The notes below the pieces were generated by a model. It was not told where the DNA came from. It made no database searches and was given only the letters and a program-made list of their open reading frames with translations. A stretch of DNA of 15,150 bases, from IMG/VR virus record IMGVR_UViG_3300049846_001252, one strand, 5' to 3'. The DNA comes from a virus (lineage: Duplodnaviria > Heunggongvirae > Uroviricota > Caudoviricetes). A program made the translations under genes and the position numbers. Of the stretch, positions 14,049-15,150 are shown piece after piece; the first letter of the stretch is position 1, and each line of letters opens with the position of its first letter.

Positions 14049-14251
14049 ATAATGAGCCAAGAATGAAGATAGAAGCCCTGAAGTATTACAAAGGTCGAGT
14101 CATCTGCGAGTTTCGGCTAGAAACGAGCAATATAAAGGAAGCTTATAGTAAGTATAAGATGTTGCGTGACAATAACTCAGGCTGGGTCATTAAAATGTCT
14201 CAAAACGAAAATACGTTTTTCGACAAAATGGCTCATTTTGAGTCAGGATAG
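14045..14251 (+). CDS. hypothetical protein
   Basis: 68 aa; ATGA overlap. Confidence 0.65.
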   Translation: MNNEPRMKIEALKYYKGRVICEFRLETSNIKEAYSKYKMLRDNNSGWVIKMSQNENTFFDKMAHFESG

Positions 14252-14260
14252 GGGTTTAGT

Positions 14261-14632
14261 ATGGATAAGTTAAAAAAAATGCAAAAAAGACCCCTTAACT
14301 TGCTATTAGGACTAATATACACGTTCCTAATAGGGTGCGGAAATGCCTCTGAGAGCCCCGTAAATGCCCCAGAATCGACGACTAGTCCGACCCCAATATC
14401 ATCTAGCCCTGTTCCGCAGCCAGACGAGGACTCTGGTCCGAGGAAATGCGAGGAACCTAAAAAATGTCCCTTACCGGAGCGGACTAAGGAATATAAGGAC
14501 CTACGTGATGCCTTCCTAAAGGCTTTGGAATTATGCCATGAACAGAGCCGAGAATTCCCCGTTAAGGAATTGTTAAGACATTTAGAAGACAGAGAACACG
14601 GTCGCGGGCAGGTTCCTAAGAAAAGAGATTAA
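14261..14632 (+). CDS. putative lipoprotein with Ser/Pro/Thr-rich linker
   Basis: Basic N-terminus, hydrophobic LNLLLGLIYTFL, lipobox LIG-C; then ESPVNAPESTTSPTPISSSPVPQP and a Cys-containing helical domain. Confidence 0.7.
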   Translation: MDKLKKMQKRPLNLLLGLIYTFLIGCGNASESPVNAPESTTSPTPISSSPVPQPDEDSGPRKCEEPKKCPLPERTKEYKDLRDAFLKALELCHEQSREFPVKELLRHLEDREHGRGQVPKKRD

Positions 14633-14668
14633 GGTTTTTTCCGACGAAGGAATGAAGTTTAAACGTAA

Positions 14669-14683
14669 TGACTGAGTCAGTCA
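14669..14683. promoter_or_regulatory. 15-bp palindrome, candidate operator
   Basis: TGACTGA-G-TCAGTCA in the spacer 16 nt upstream of GTG 14700. Confidence 0.45.
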
Positions 14684-14699
14684 AGAAAGAGAGTTAATT

Positions 14700-14999
14700 G
14701 TGAGCCGAGTAAAGAGTGAAGACCTAGCAAAAGCGGAAGCTTTGTCAGAGAGATTAGAGGACATGTTAGTAGGGCTTAGGGCCGAGACGCAAATGCGGCG
14801 AGAGGTCCTAACTAAGCGTTTTCAGGATTCGCAGGTAGTTTCCTTGAATGTTGACGGTAAGTCTTATGAGTTAGGCCCGAAGTCAAGAGAAGTTGTTAGA
14901 AAGGCTTTACTGGAGTTTACGGAGAAGCATTTGCTAGAAGGTTTAGAGGATATAAAACAACAGGCCCAAAATGAGGGCGGGTTTGGTTCTAGGGAGTAG
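14700..14999 (+). CDS. hypothetical coiled-coil protein
   Basis: 99 aa from GTG; E/K/R/L-rich. Confidence 0.7.
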   Translation: MSRVKSEDLAKAEALSERLEDMLVGLRAETQMRREVLTKRFQDSQVVSLNVDGKSYELGPKSREVVRKALLEFTEKHLLEGLEDIKQQAQNEGGFGSRE

Positions 15000-15017
15000 T
15001 TTCGGGTTCTACAAGAT

Positions 15018-15044
15018 GCGCCGAGCTTTCACACTTGCTCCAAG
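15018..15044 (+). repeat. 27-bp repeat, copy 6
   Basis: GCGCCGAGC-TTTCACACTTGCTCCAAG, 16/18 core identity; intergenic. Confidence 0.85.
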
Positions 15045-15150
15045 GTTTGTTAGGAGCGTTAGCTGCAAGCGGTAGCGACGCAGGAAAGGTTTTATGGATA
15101 TCAGGATATTTAAGTTTATTGGTTCGTTTTTTATAGCTCAGCATATGTTC

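Larger units (their letters stand above)
8243..14244. repeat. dispersed array of 15-bp palindrome GTCTCA-N3-TGAGAC (13 copies with 2 or fewer mismatches)
   Basis: Starts (mismatches): 8243(1), 8358(1), 8496(2), 8532(2), 8776(1), 9310(1), 9492(1), 9625(1), 10251(2), 10663(1), 12482(2), 12718(2), 14230(2). None with 2 or fewer mismatches found by eye in 1-8242. Confidence 0.9.

Noticed and set aside
8243-14244. Palindrome array as canonical parS or matS
   Set aside because: parS has GTTTCA-CG-TGAAAC (2-nt centre) and matS is GTGAC-N3-GTCAC; neither matches. Only the architecture is analogous.
14303-14333. 9-bp inverted repeat CTATTAGGA/TCCTAATAG as a terminator
   Set aside because: It lies inside the lipoprotein signal-peptide coding region, is AT-rich with a long loop and has no U-tract.
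14621-14650. Fourth sigma28 promoter (TTAAGG...CCGACGAA)
   Set aside because: The spacing between the TAAG and CCGA boxes is far too short, and no -35 lies at the correct distance.
3643-15044. 27-bp repeats as a CRISPR array
   Set aside because: Copies are 104 bp to 7 kb apart, separated by whole genes, and there are no cas genes.
15047-15137. Short TTG-start hydrophobic ORF after repeat copy 6
   Set aside because: About 29 codons, SD too close and no ATG; not supportable.

Overview
This window looks like a fragment of an AT-rich tailed dsDNA phage genome. No rRNA, tRNA, CRISPR array or integrase was seen. It has three blocks. (1) 1-2914, minus strand: virion-type genes, namely three related Thr/Ser/Asn/Asp-rich proteins and the start of a probable permuted papain-like amidase. 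(2) 2996-7508, plus strand: small accessory genes, including a DEDDh exonuclease, a secreted class I cytochrome c and a NUMOD4-HNH-AP2 endonuclease, punctuated by a unidirectional 27-bp start-associated repeat. (3) From about 8100, after a lone minus-strand zinc-finger gene and a C6-TA-C10 tract, the DNA changes character. It has three stacked sigma54-type promoters, one sigma70-type and three sigma28 (FliA)-type promoters, all pointing right. It also has at least 13 copies of a palindrome GTCTCA-N3-TGAGAC written into genes and spacers, with density falling away from the boundary, and about 3-fold more GAC/GTC trinucleotides. Its genes include anti-defence-like ones (ArdC-type zincin, very acidic candidate DNA mimic). 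My main hypothesis (inference) is that 8100 onward is a first-expressed or first-injected module near a genome end, combining multi-sigma promoters with a protein-binding palindrome array. A Bdellovibrionota-like host is suggested but not shown. All counts were done by hand and no database searches were run.
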